Of a DNA stretch of 26,402 nucleotides, positions 1 to 8,260 are shown piece by piece. The position numbers were made by a program, and so were the translations under genes. The DNA is taken from positions 1-26,402 of IMG/VR virus record IMGVR_UViG_2541047828_000003. One strand, written 5' to 3'. The DNA comes from a virus (taxonomy: Duplodnaviria; Heunggongvirae; Uroviricota; Caudoviricetes). How positions within the stretch are numbered: position 1 is the stretch's first letter; each line of letters starts with the position of its first letter. The notes under the pieces are model-generated. The model made no database searches, had not been told where the DNA came from, and worked only from the letters and a program-made list of their open reading frames with translations.

Positions 1-558
1 ATGATTAACCAACTAACTTTTACAAAACACTATGACACGTTTGATAATGTATCAAAGATTTATTCTGATAAATTCCCTCAAGGAAAAGATTTAGATCTAT
101 TACATATTGTGCTTTATTTTCGATTCCTTAGTTATCAGGAAAACAACCTTAATTGTTATGAAAGTCACGAAACATTAGCTAAGATTTTTAAGTCTTCAGC
201 GTCAACAATTAAACGTAAGATAAACGATCTTAAAGAGATGGGATTATTAGAAACATCCCCACATCCTGATCCGTATATTTCATCTTTGATTTACAATGCT
301 CTCCCTCTCACAGATGCACATATTACTCCCCCAGGAGAATCATCACTCTCTGATCTTTCTGAGGCAGAAGAAGCACAGGAACAACCTAAAGGCCATAAAC
401 AGCCTTCTTTTGATGTTCTTGATGATTGGGATGCGCCTTTACCCTGGGAGACGGAAGAAACACCTGTTTCATCAAATGAAAAAGTAGCTAATGATAATGA
501 GGCATATTTTTCTAAGCATTACCCAAATATATACGATGACTTTGATATTCCATTTTAA
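1..558 (+). CDS. Hypothetical winged-helix DNA-binding protein (185 aa); possible replication or regulatory protein; ATG at window edge so 5' end may be truncated
   Basis: Long ORF in low-GC DNA; segment 'ETLAKIFKSSASTIKRKINDLKEMGLLE' looks like an HTH recognition helix plus wing; acidic C-terminal tail. Confidence 0.5.
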   Translation: MINQLTFTKHYDTFDNVSKIYSDKFPQGKDLDLLHIVLYFRFLSYQENNLNCYESHETLAKIFKSSASTIKRKINDLKEMGLLETSPHPDPYISSLIYNALPLTDAHITPPGESSLSDLSEAEEAQEQPKGHKQPSFDVLDDWDAPLPWETEETPVSSNEKVANDNEAYFSKHYPNIYDDFDIPF

Positions 559-574
559 AAAGTAAGGAGGACTA

Positions 575-853
575 TTGATACAGTATTTAATAAAAAGCAA
601 AGTAGACAGAATTCAGTGTAATGACACAGGAAAACGCATCTACGAAACACTTGCTTACCTCTATAAAGGAAAGCCAACACCGCTAAAATATAGCGATGTG
701 TTACATCGAGCAGGGTGCTCTGAAGATGGTTTAAAATTCTGGCTGAAACAGCTATCAAACTTCGGTGTTATAGAGATTAAAGAATTATCTTTCTCTACAT
801 TCAATCTCAAAAGACTAAATAGAGAAATAGAATTCATCTATTCCACTCTCTAA
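575..853 (+). CDS. Small hypothetical protein (92 aa), TTG start, wHTH-like
   Basis: Strong SD AAGGAGG at 564-570 four nt before TTG; motif 'YETLAYLYKGKPTPLKYSDVL' resembles the upstream protein. Confidence 0.45.
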   Translation: MIQYLIKSKVDRIQCNDTGKRIYETLAYLYKGKPTPLKYSDVLHRAGCSEDGLKFWLKQLSNFGVIEIKELSFSTFNLKRLNREIEFIYSTL

Positions 854-982
854 AATCTCTCTATGTGATTAAAATATAAAAGGAAAACATTATTATGATA
901 GTAGCTATGTATTGGTTATTGTTCTTTCTCACGTTAGAAACATACTTCGGGGTGTTTTCCTTTAAAAGAAAAGGAAAAATAA

Positions 983-1393
983 ATGGCAAAAAGAAAAAAC
1001 AACGTTGTTAAGAAGATCGGTGATTCAGCTTCTCTTCTAAGTAAACCTAAATCTATTCTAAGACGCAAAGACTTTAAAGAGCTAGTTACGCTCTCCAAGC
1101 AAAATAGCGCCCCTGGCGAATGGAATACAGAGATCATAGAACATTCTCCCTCTGTGCCTTGTGGAGATGAATATATCGCATTACAAGAAATCTTATCTTC
1201 AACACCTGGCGTGTTCTGGAAACCTAGAAAAAGAAAAGAGTATATCGTTGACAGCTCTGATTTACGCAAATACCAGATTTTAGGATTTGAAGATTATAAT
1301 CACTACGTTGGTTATCTCGCCACCAATGGCCTAAATAATTTAGTTCCTGAATTCCAAATTTTAGATAATGCAGATCACTATGGAGACTTTTAA
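983..1393 (+). CDS. Hypothetical protein (136 aa) with basic N-terminus
   Basis: SD AAGGA 6 nt upstream of ATG; Lys/Arg-rich N-terminus. Confidence 0.45.
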   Translation: MAKRKNNVVKKIGDSASLLSKPKSILRRKDFKELVTLSKQNSAPGEWNTEIIEHSPSVPCGDEYIALQEILSSTPGVFWKPRKRKEYIVDSSDLRKYQILGFEDYNHYVGYLATNGLNNLVPEFQILDNADHYGDF

Positions 1394-1394
1394 T

Positions 1395-1733
1395 ATGAAC
1401 AAAAACACGTATGACACAATTTACTCACTAATTAATTATTATGAGGATGATTACCTCCTGCCTTTAAACCGCGCTGAACTTGAAGCATACAAAGAAAACA
1501 CGCCAGCGGCACTAAATGAGGCGTTTAAACACTGGGATTTAGCTGTGAATGCCTTTGAGCACCTCTCTAAGCGTGTAGAGATGCTCTGTAAGCGTGAAAA
1601 CGCATACCTGACAGCCGATCAGATATGGGAGCTATCAAACTGGATAGAAGATATTGAATCTGATGTTCGCTATGTGGGAGATGGCCTTATCGAACTCGCA
1701 CAACGCTTAGGCGCTACTATCACAGAAGAATAA
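1395..1733 (+). CDS. Hypothetical protein (112 aa)
   Basis: ORF-track frame 1368..1733; start chosen at ATG 1395 preceded by GGAGA and directly after the upstream stop (1391-1393). Confidence 0.5.
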   Translation: MNKNTYDTIYSLINYYEDDYLLPLNRAELEAYKENTPAALNEAFKHWDLAVNAFEHLSKRVEMLCKRENAYLTADQIWELSNWIEDIESDVRYVGDGLIELAQRLGATITEE

Positions 1734-1763
1734 AAAAAGCAACAAAAAAGTTGTAAAATATCT

Positions 1764-1794
1764 TGACATTTCATATATTGTATGTTAATATAAT
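1764..1794 (+). promoter_or_regulatory. Putative sigma70-like promoter (TTGACA 1764-1769, TATAAT 1789-1794, 19-bp spacer)
   Basis: Consensus hexamers read directly in AT-rich intergenic DNA. Confidence 0.35.
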
Positions 1795-1974
1795 TATATA
1801 GGGGTGATTATTTTTCCTTTATTGGTTCGATATTAAAAATTCTTCTTGTCGTTAAAGGGGAGTAAAATCTCCGCTCCCCGCTTCTCCTCCTTAAGTAAAT
1901 ACTGTGTCATTATACCTCTTTTTTCCTTTGTTATGCATACATCTTGGAGTGTGCATAACATAGGGTAATTACAA

Positions 1975-2003
1975 AGGCGGCTTTAAATGCTGCCTTTTAT
2001 TTT
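1975..2003 (+). terminator. Putative intrinsic terminator or attenuator hairpin (7-bp stem with one G-U, then TTTATTTT)
   Basis: aggcggc / tttaaat / gctgcct followed by T-rich tract, 60 nt upstream of the next gene. Confidence 0.4.
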
Positions 2004-2065
2004 GCCCGTTATGCAACTTAAAAGTTGTATTTCTTACTTTAAACAAGGTAACAAGGTTTATATAA

Positions 2066-2278
2066 ATGTTGTTCTTAAATGATAAAGAGCAAATCATCAA
2101 GTATAAAGATGAAATGCTGAAAATTAATCCACAAATTACCGAAATGGTAGCTAAATACGCTGGGTGTTCTGTAGAGGAAGTAGAAAGATGTGTTGAAAAA
2201 TATTTTTCTCCTTCTTCTCCGTCTACACCTTCCCTTAATGAATTAATCAAATTAAAAGCTAAGGAGATTACTAAATGA
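2066..2278 (+). CDS. Small hypothetical protein (70 aa)
   Basis: ORF overlapping the start of the next gene (ATGA at 2275-2278); weak SD. Confidence 0.35.
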   Translation: MLFLNDKEQIIKYKDEMLKINPQITEMVAKYAGCSVEEVERCVEKYFSPSSPSTPSLNELIKLKAKEITK

Positions 2279-2637
2279 TTATTGATTTAGACACTCTGTT
2301 TCCAGTTCGAAAGACTTTCACAGATATTGTAAGTTATTGTACTGATCCGTTTGCCTCTGTAGAAAGCAAGGTTTTTGCTTCTCTTCCTGCTGATGTTGAG
2401 TGCGGAGACTTGATCACCAGCACTGGCGCTAAATATGAATCAGGAGATGATATCTATGTTGTTATGAGTGAATTTGTAACGGCTGGAGAAAACAAGCCTG
2501 TAGATGTTTTACGTAGCAATGCTGGCCTTGTATGCATCAAAGCTGATGCCCTGAATGCTGTAAGTGAAGCAGCAAAAGCAGCATTAATTAAAAAAGGCTT
2601 CCAGCTTGAAGGGTTCCACTCTGTTTTCACTTCTTAA
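2275..2637 (+). CDS. Hypothetical protein (120 aa)
   Basis: SD AAGGAG at 2261-2266, 8 nt before ATG. Confidence 0.55.
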   Translation: MIIDLDTLFPVRKTFTDIVSYCTDPFASVESKVFASLPADVECGDLITSTGAKYESGDDIYVVMSEFVTAGENKPVDVLRSNAGLVCIKADALNAVSEAAKAALIKKGFQLEGFHSVFTS

Positions 2638-2655
2638 TAAAAGGAATAATAATAA

Positions 2656-3684
2656 ATGATTCTAGGTAATGATTACGTTGATTTAGCTCCTCTGTTCCAG
2701 GCACACAGCACTAGAAACTATCTGCTTTCTACTCTCGACTTCACTGATCCGGTGGGCGTTAGTTCTCATAAAGTAGCTGTTTCCCAGCTTGTCGAAAGCA
2801 ACGAATCTCTCTTTAACAAAGAGACAAGCCGTTTTAGTTCTGAACACAATGTTACTAAGCGAGAACAAGGTAAAGAATGGCTTATTGAAATCCCGTATTT
2901 TCTTCGTGAAGATGTGATTCGTCCTTCTGATGTTCAAGGCAAGCGTAAGCCTGGCACTGATTTTCAGGAAACACTCACTGATATTTATGCTGACTATATC
3001 GCTAAACACCACGTAGCGTATCAGCGTACAAAAGAGAGCGTATTGGCTGCTTCTTTGTTCTCTGGCAAAACTTACACGCCTAAAACTGATGATGTTCTTA
3101 TCGAGTGGGGCAAGCTGTTTAACGTATCAGCTATGAAAGCCACTGTGAACGCTTCCAGCACTGACACCACGAAGATTTTTAAAGAATTTGATCAGATTGC
3201 TACTGACATTATCGAGAAAGCACAAAGCCAGGCGGCTGCTGTAGAGCGTATTGTTGTTTTCTGTAAGCCGGAAGCCTTCTCTGCAATTCGATTCTCTGCG
3301 GGTATGGCAAACGCATTCCAGTATGTAAGCCCTACCGACGACGCAAACATCGTTTATAGTGTGCGCTCCCTGCTGCCAGGTGTGACTACCTTCACTATTC
3401 CAGGAACTAACATCGATGTTGTTAAACTGGTAGATCCGCTACACCTTGCACATATGACCGCAGACGCTGTAGCGGTTCCGAAGTTTGCTAAAGGCTCTAA
3501 TGTATATCAGAACATCTACGGGGCTGCTTCCAGCACTTTTGAACTGATTAATGCCGCTCCTGCTGAGGTGTATAGCTACAGCTATGAGGGTTCTCGCGGC
3601 GACGCAGTGCACGTAGTGACCGAGAATAGCCAGATGGTGGTAAACCACGGCGTTGGCTTCTCCGTTCAAATCACTGTTAAATAA
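2656..3684 (+). CDS. Hypothetical protein (342 aa); probably abundant or structural, speculatively capsid-like
   Basis: Clean ORF with SD, followed immediately by a strong intrinsic terminator; no nucleotide-binding or catalytic motif recognised. Confidence 0.6.
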   Translation: MILGNDYVDLAPLFQAHSTRNYLLSTLDFTDPVGVSSHKVAVSQLVESNESLFNKETSRFSSEHNVTKREQGKEWLIEIPYFLREDVIRPSDVQGKRKPGTDFQETLTDIYADYIAKHHVAYQRTKESVLAASLFSGKTYTPKTDDVLIEWGKLFNVSAMKATVNASSTDTTKIFKEFDQIATDIIEKAQSQAAAVERIVVFCKPEAFSAIRFSAGMANAFQYVSPTDDANIVYSVRSLLPGVTTFTIPGTNIDVVKLVDPLHLAHMTADAVAVPKFAKGSNVYQNIYGAASSTFELINAAPAEVYSYSYEGSRGDAVHVVTENSQMVVNHGVGFSVQITVK

Positions 3685-3701
3685 TATTTTAACGTGTATT
3701 A

Positions 3702-3740
3702 GAGGCGTGGCGTGTATTCACGCTTCGCCTTTTTTTATTT
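3702..3740 (+). terminator. Strong rho-independent terminator
   Basis: Long GC-rich imperfect hairpin (aggcg..cgtg tatt cacg..cgcct) followed by TTTTTTTATTTATTTTTT. Confidence 0.7.
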
Positions 3741-3770
3741 ATTTTTTAAATTTTGAGAGGTGATTAAAAT

Positions 3771-3971
3771 ATGGAAGTGATTCTGAAATCAAAAAATGGT
3801 GTACACGTACATTTAGATGCTAATGATTCTAGAGGCTTGTTAAATCTGAAATATCTATGTTCTCTCTTGGATGTTCCCTATGAAGGAGTAAAAGCCCGTA
3901 TGTTCAGACTAAACGAGAGTATTGATCAGGCTCTACACCATTTCTTAAGCAAAGAAGGTGGTAAAAAATGA
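3771..3971 (+). CDS. Small hypothetical protein (66 aa)
   Basis: SD GAGAGGTGA upstream of ATG. Confidence 0.4.
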   Translation: MEVILKSKNGVHVHLDANDSRGLLNLKYLCSLLDVPYEGVKARMFRLNESIDQALHHFLSKEGGKK

Positions 3972-3989
3972 TTAATAAGGGGATTTTAA

Positions 3990-5831
3990 ATGTTAGAAAT
4001 TAACACTTCTAAAATTAAGAACACAGTAACATTTAGTGTAGATAAAGACAGCTTGAAAAAAGCGAAAGACTCTATTACAGGCTTAAAGGAATTCGCAGAA
4101 AATATCAAGCCAGCTAAATTAAGATTTGATACTGTCACTAAAGGCTATAAGAAAGCACAAAGCGAAGTAGATAAGATTGCTCAACAGAAAGCTAAAGCCG
4201 AAAAACAGAATCAAAGAGCACAAGCTGCCGCAGCAAGAGCACAGGCAAGGCAACAGCAACAAATAGCAGAACGTAAAGAGAAAGCAGAATTAAAACTTCT
4301 CGATGTGTCAAGCTCTATCAGTGCAATGCACCGTCTCTCTGTAGCGGAACAATACAAAGCTATCGCACAGGCTAGAGAGATAGCAAAACAATATGAGCAA
4401 GGGGCTATCTCGCTTGCACGTATGAATAGCCAGATGAAACGCTTACAACAGCAACAACGTAAGATTAATGGCAATCGTAACGCTCACGCTAAAGCCTATG
4501 CACCTGTTAAGGGAGGATCAGGGAATGCCGCCACTATGGGCGCTCTGTTATTTGGAGGTGCTACAGCGGCTGCTGGCGTGATGGCTGTAAGTAAAACCTC
4601 TGAATTTATGGCTAACAGCTTTGCTAACGCTGAAACGCTGGGTGAATTGTATAGCCGTGCGAAGCTGGGCGGTGTAGACGTTAACCAGATGAACAATATT
4701 GAACAATGGGCGTATAAAAACGGCGTTGATTCAATGATGGGGGATCAAGGTCGTCGCAAGTATCTGGATCAGATGAAAGATGTGCGTGAACGTGCAACCA
4801 AATCTTATGATGAAGCTGAATATGTAGTTGATAAGAAAACTGGTAAAGGCGTATGGAAGGGCGGTGATAGCGGCATCAATACTTTAATGAATGAAGGATT
4901 CTTAACTAAAAAGGATTTAAAAGACTTTGCTGATAATCCGGCTGGTCTGGTTAGTAAAGCTGTCAATGGAATGGTGAAAAAGGGCTATTCAGATGCGCAG
5001 ATCGGTAGTCGTCTGGAAGATCTGGCTGATGATTTTATGCTCACCTCTAAATACTGGACACGCTCCGCTAAAGAAGTGGAACAATCAGCACGAGAACAAC
5101 GAGAATCAGGGCGCTGGGTAACACAGGCACAACAGGAAAGCGTTATTAAATTCCGTGAACTGAATAATGCACTTAGTGGGCTTTCTGACTCACAAGGGAT
5201 CGCCTTTGTTGACGGGTTTATGAAGTCTCTCGATCCAAAAGTAACGGAAGAGTTTTTGAAAAACCTTTCTAATCTCACTCCGTATTTTACGAAGCTGGGA
5301 GAAGCTACAGGAAGTCTCTTTGAAGCTATTATGAAGATTGTAAACTGGTTTAATCGTAATGATGATAAGACAGATGCTATTCAGAAAAATATGGGTGATG
5401 CACCGCCATTAAGCAATGACGGAATGAAACAGCATCTTTCTAATCTAGTTCCTGACCAATATAAAGGCGCTGGCACTGCAACAACTACACCTGATAATAG
5501 TCATTCTCTCTTTAACACAATTAAGGGATTGCTTTTCGATGATAATGCTTCTTCTGTGTCAGATGTAAAAATGTCAGTCAGCGAAGCACCGATAACCAAT
5601 CTCAAACAGGGTGCTTTAAATAATCTTGCAATGACAACTCCGGCTTATAATTTATCTCCTGTGTTTAATCTGAATCCTACATTTGAAGTGGTAACAGAGG
5701 TTCCTCTTACTATTAATTCTGACACATCAAGATTAAGCGATTATGTGGATTTTACAGCGAGAGCAAGTCGGGATAGCTTCTTGAAATCATTAACATTAAC
5801 CAGCTTATCAGGACAATCTAACGGCGGGTAA
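3990..5831 (+). CDS. Hypothetical 613-aa protein with Lys/Ala/Gln-rich coiled-coil N-terminus and a Gly/Ala-rich hydrophobic segment; tape-measure-like or membrane-active structural protein (speculative)
   Basis: SD AAGGGGA; N-terminal heptad-like K/A/Q/E region; hydrophobic stretch 'GNAATMGALLFGGATAAAGVMAVS'. Confidence 0.65.
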   Translation: MLEINTSKIKNTVTFSVDKDSLKKAKDSITGLKEFAENIKPAKLRFDTVTKGYKKAQSEVDKIAQQKAKAEKQNQRAQAAAARAQARQQQQIAERKEKAELKLLDVSSSISAMHRLSVAEQYKAIAQAREIAKQYEQGAISLARMNSQMKRLQQQQRKINGNRNAHAKAYAPVKGGSGNAATMGALLFGGATAAAGVMAVSKTSEFMANSFANAETLGELYSRAKLGGVDVNQMNNIEQWAYKNGVDSMMGDQGRRKYLDQMKDVRERATKSYDEAEYVVDKKTGKGVWKGGDSGINTLMNEGFLTKKDLKDFADNPAGLVSKAVNGMVKKGYSDAQIGSRLEDLADDFMLTSKYWTRSAKEVEQSAREQRESGRWVTQAQQESVIKFRELNNALSGLSDSQGIAFVDGFMKSLDPKVTEEFLKNLSNLTPYFTKLGEATGSLFEAIMKIVNWFNRNDDKTDAIQKNMGDAPPLSNDGMKQHLSNLVPDQYKGAGTATTTPDNSHSLFNTIKGLLFDDNASSVSDVKMSVSEAPITNLKQGALNNLAMTTPAYNLSPVFNLNPTFEVVTEVPLTINSDTSRLSDYVDFTARASRDSFLKSLTLTSLSGQSNGG

Positions 5832-5864
5832 TTCCCGCCATAACATTACAAGGAAATTATTATT

Positions 5865-6575
5865 ATGGCGACCGCCGGGATTTTAACCATACGTGCAGCA
5901 AATACTCCAGAACAACACGTTCAGGCTGTTTACAAAGCAGAACAAGATATAAACTCTACAAAAAACGAAAATAGCAAAGCTAATACAACAAAAGGAGAAA
6001 ATGGATTTGCTATTGTTACCAGTGGGCTGGCATCTTCTGGCAATGACGTTTATGAAAATTATATGGCACTGGCTTTTGACAGTGTAGACGATGTGAACGT
6101 GAGACGTTCGGCAGATGTCACAAGCTACCCCGTAGAAAATGGTGCTACTGTATCGGATCACGTTCAAATTAAGAATAATCGGTTTTCTCTTAAAGGGCGC
6201 ATCTCTGAAACACCGATTAAAAGCGATCCTGGCTTGTTAAAGAGTGCAGGGGTGAACGGGAACAGAAGATCATTAGCTATTGATTATCTGAATCAGATTA
6301 TGGACAGTAGACAGCCTTTTCTTCTTGTTACAGAAAATAAAACTTTTGAGAACGTTGTTTTAACAGGCATCGAATACACAGAAGAGGCAAGCGAATCTCT
6401 GGTATTTGATCTTAGCTTTGAACAAATCAGATTAGTTTCTTATGGCACTGTAAACACTGTAGCTCTCAAAACACAGCCATCTAAGAACATTGGGGCTAAT
6501 ATGAAAAAACGTGTTAACACTGAAAAATCAAGTGAAGGTGAAGACACTATTACTCCTGCCTTTAAACAGGAATAG
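5865..6575 (+). CDS. Hypothetical protein (236 aa)
   Basis: SD AAGGA upstream; ORF ends before a convergent hairpin. Confidence 0.6.
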   Translation: MATAGILTIRAANTPEQHVQAVYKAEQDINSTKNENSKANTTKGENGFAIVTSGLASSGNDVYENYMALAFDSVDDVNVRRSADVTSYPVENGATVSDHVQIKNNRFSLKGRISETPIKSDPGLLKSAGVNGNRRSLAIDYLNQIMDSRQPFLLVTENKTFENVVLTGIEYTEEASESLVFDLSFEQIRLVSYGTVNTVALKTQPSKNIGANMKKRVNTEKSSEGEDTITPAFKQE

Positions 6576-6616
6576 CCGTAAACGCCTCTAAAACGCTCTG
6601 TAATGATGTAATTATA

Positions 6617-6655
6617 AAAGAGGCCACCAATCTATGTTGAAGCCTCTTTATTGCG
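6617..6655. terminator. Possible bidirectional hairpin terminator between convergent genes
   Basis: agaggc ... gcctct inverted repeat with ~17-nt loop followed by T-rich sequence; weak. Confidence 0.35.
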
Positions 6656-6656
6656 T

Positions 6657-8021
6657 CTATGGCGTTGTTTTACGCCTTAAATTTGATTTTTTATTGATTG
6701 ATAAGCCTTTCTCTATTTCAGGGTAGCGTAGAAGCTCAATATAGTTTTTAAGCTCTACTGGAGAAGCTGCATTCTTGCTATATGTGCGGAATGTTTCTGT
6801 ATTGCCGCGTGTATGGCCCAGGAGAAGGGCGATCCTGTCTTCTGGAATTTGATTTCGATCAAGAAGCTGTGCTACTCCGTGTCTCAGAGAATGAAACACC
6901 TTCCTTTCTGTTCCCTTTTCCCCTAAAGCCTTTCGTTTAGCTCTTGTAAATCTCTGCGTGTGCCACGTGGAACGTTTACCATCGGCCCGGTCTGTAATGC
7001 TGGCGTGATAGAACAAAAAGCCATTGTGAGGCTTTTCACGAAGAGATAACACCAACGGAGTGATAAGGCTATGCACAGGAACAAGACGTGCCGCAGCTTT
7101 CGTCTTTCCCTGTGTGATTTCAAAACACAGCACACCTTCGATCTCTTTCACATCGTCTATTGTGAGACTTGCTATCTCATTGATCCGCATACCTGTATAA
7201 GCACCGATAAGACACAAAGCCATCATTTCTTTGTTTTCTGCTGAATCACCGGAAAATACTTGCAACACTTGCAATAGCTCTTTGTTAGAAAATGCCTCAT
7301 AGCTCTCTCTACTTTGTGCCACATCAAGCCTATGCCCTCGCCAGGGGGAGAGCGCCCTTTCTGGCGCATCGTGGTAACGTGATGAAGCTAACTCCCATAG
7401 CTGGGCCATTGGGCTGATATAATTTGCAATTGATTGTTGTGAAAGGGTTTTTTGCATGTGTTCAATCCAGCCTGTAACAGTGGTGCGGCTTACATCTTGC
7501 AATGCAATATCAGGCTTTTTACGGTAGGAGAGAAACATCTCTACCGCTTTTCTTGCCTTAGCTAAAGTGGCTGGCTTCTTCTTCGTGCTGTTAATTGTCA
7601 GGTAGATTTCAAGAATTTTAAGCAATGACGGACACGAAGACGCTGTATCTTGCATTCTGGTAGCTGTTTTGGCGTATTTAGCCTTACTGCGTAACAGTTC
7701 CAGCGTGTTCTCTATTGTGCTGTTTACAGGGGCGACACTCTCCCGTAGACAATGGTATTCATCTGCAATCTGATCACGCTTTCTACGTGCAACACGAAGA
7801 TTACTTGTGTGCAGACTTCTAACAAACGTCCTTTTTCCTTCAAAAAAGGGCTGCATATACACAGGCAACGTGATCCTCAAATAGTAGTTACCGTAAGAAT
7901 CACAGATTATGTATTGATTGGGCTTGTATCTCATAAACTCCCCGGCTAAAGTGTCGGAGCGTTTGTAATGTGAAAATTGATTGTGACGCATAGAAAATGA
8001 TGATTTTTCTATAAGATTCAA
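6657..8021 (-). CDS. Tyrosine-type site-specific recombinase (integrase), 454 aa
   Basis: C-terminal catalytic signature 'HSLRHGVAQ...LLGHTRGNTETFRTYSK' (H-x-x-R ... H ... Y); N-terminus lies 58 bp from the att-like repeat at 8079-8097. Confidence 0.85.
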   Translation of the reverse strand: MNLIEKSSFSMRHNQFSHYKRSDTLAGEFMRYKPNQYIICDSYGNYYLRITLPVYMQPFFEGKRTFVRSLHTSNLRVARRKRDQIADEYHCLRESVAPVNSTIENTLELLRSKAKYAKTATRMQDTASSCPSLLKILEIYLTINSTKKKPATLAKARKAVEMFLSYRKKPDIALQDVSRTTVTGWIEHMQKTLSQQSIANYISPMAQLWELASSRYHDAPERALSPWRGHRLDVAQSRESYEAFSNKELLQVLQVFSGDSAENKEMMALCLIGAYTGMRINEIASLTIDDVKEIEGVLCFEITQGKTKAAARLVPVHSLITPLVLSLREKPHNGFLFYHASITDRADGKRSTWHTQRFTRAKRKALGEKGTERKVFHSLRHGVAQLLDRNQIPEDRIALLLGHTRGNTETFRTYSKNAASPVELKNYIELLRYPEIEKGLSINKKSNLRRKTTP

Positions 8022-8078
8022 TCAATTAGCAATGGTCGTAGGTGATGGCATTAACACGAGATTAATCGAGTGTTTTAC

Positions 8079-8097
8079 TCCTATTATCGGCACCATT
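8079..8097 (+). repeat. att core-like direct repeat, left copy (tcctattatcggcaccatt)
   Basis: Near-identical to 25850-25867 (one indel), with similar 'tgtttt' flank; sits between the two integrase genes. Confidence 0.45.
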
Positions 8098-8112
8098 CAA
8101 ACATCTCCCCAA

Positions 8113-8188
8113 GTCTACTAAAGTCTTTCAAAACCCCTTATAATCCGCGTATTAAAGCCCCGTTCGTCTTTTGACGTCTACTAAAGTC
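8113..8188 (+). repeat. Direct repeats gtctactaaagtc (8113-8125, 8176-8188); candidate integrase arm-type sites
   Basis: 13-bp exact direct repeat, each followed by tcaaaa; a related 'tactaaagt' occurs at ~9501 downstream of int. Confidence 0.4.
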
Positions 8189-8208
8189 CCTCAAAATCTA
8201 CGGCCAGA

Positions 8209-8229
8209 TGGGGGTACTTATGGGGGTAT
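8209..8229 (+). repeat. 21-bp GGGGGTA-containing motif, left copy (tgggggtacttatgggggtat)
   Basis: 20/21 identical to 25768-25788 in direct orientation; an inverted gtaccccc follows at 8251-8258. Confidence 0.45.
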
Positions 8230-8260
8230 TTGCTGTTCGGTTTAGTGGAGGTACCCCCAA

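Larger units (their letters stand above)
1..8078. mobile_element. Right-hand portion of a low-GC integrative element (left end outside window)
   Basis: Markedly lower GC than the rest of the window; unknown gene cargo; terminal integrase adjacent to att-like repeat. Confidence 0.45.

Noticed and set aside
2683..6167. Antisense ORFs inside the long plus-strand genes (2683..3012, 3439..3669, 4211..4474, 4496..4696, 4985..5278, 5883..6167)
   Set aside because: Entirely nested in stronger, SD-supported genes on the opposite strand; low-complexity translations typical of shadow ORFs.
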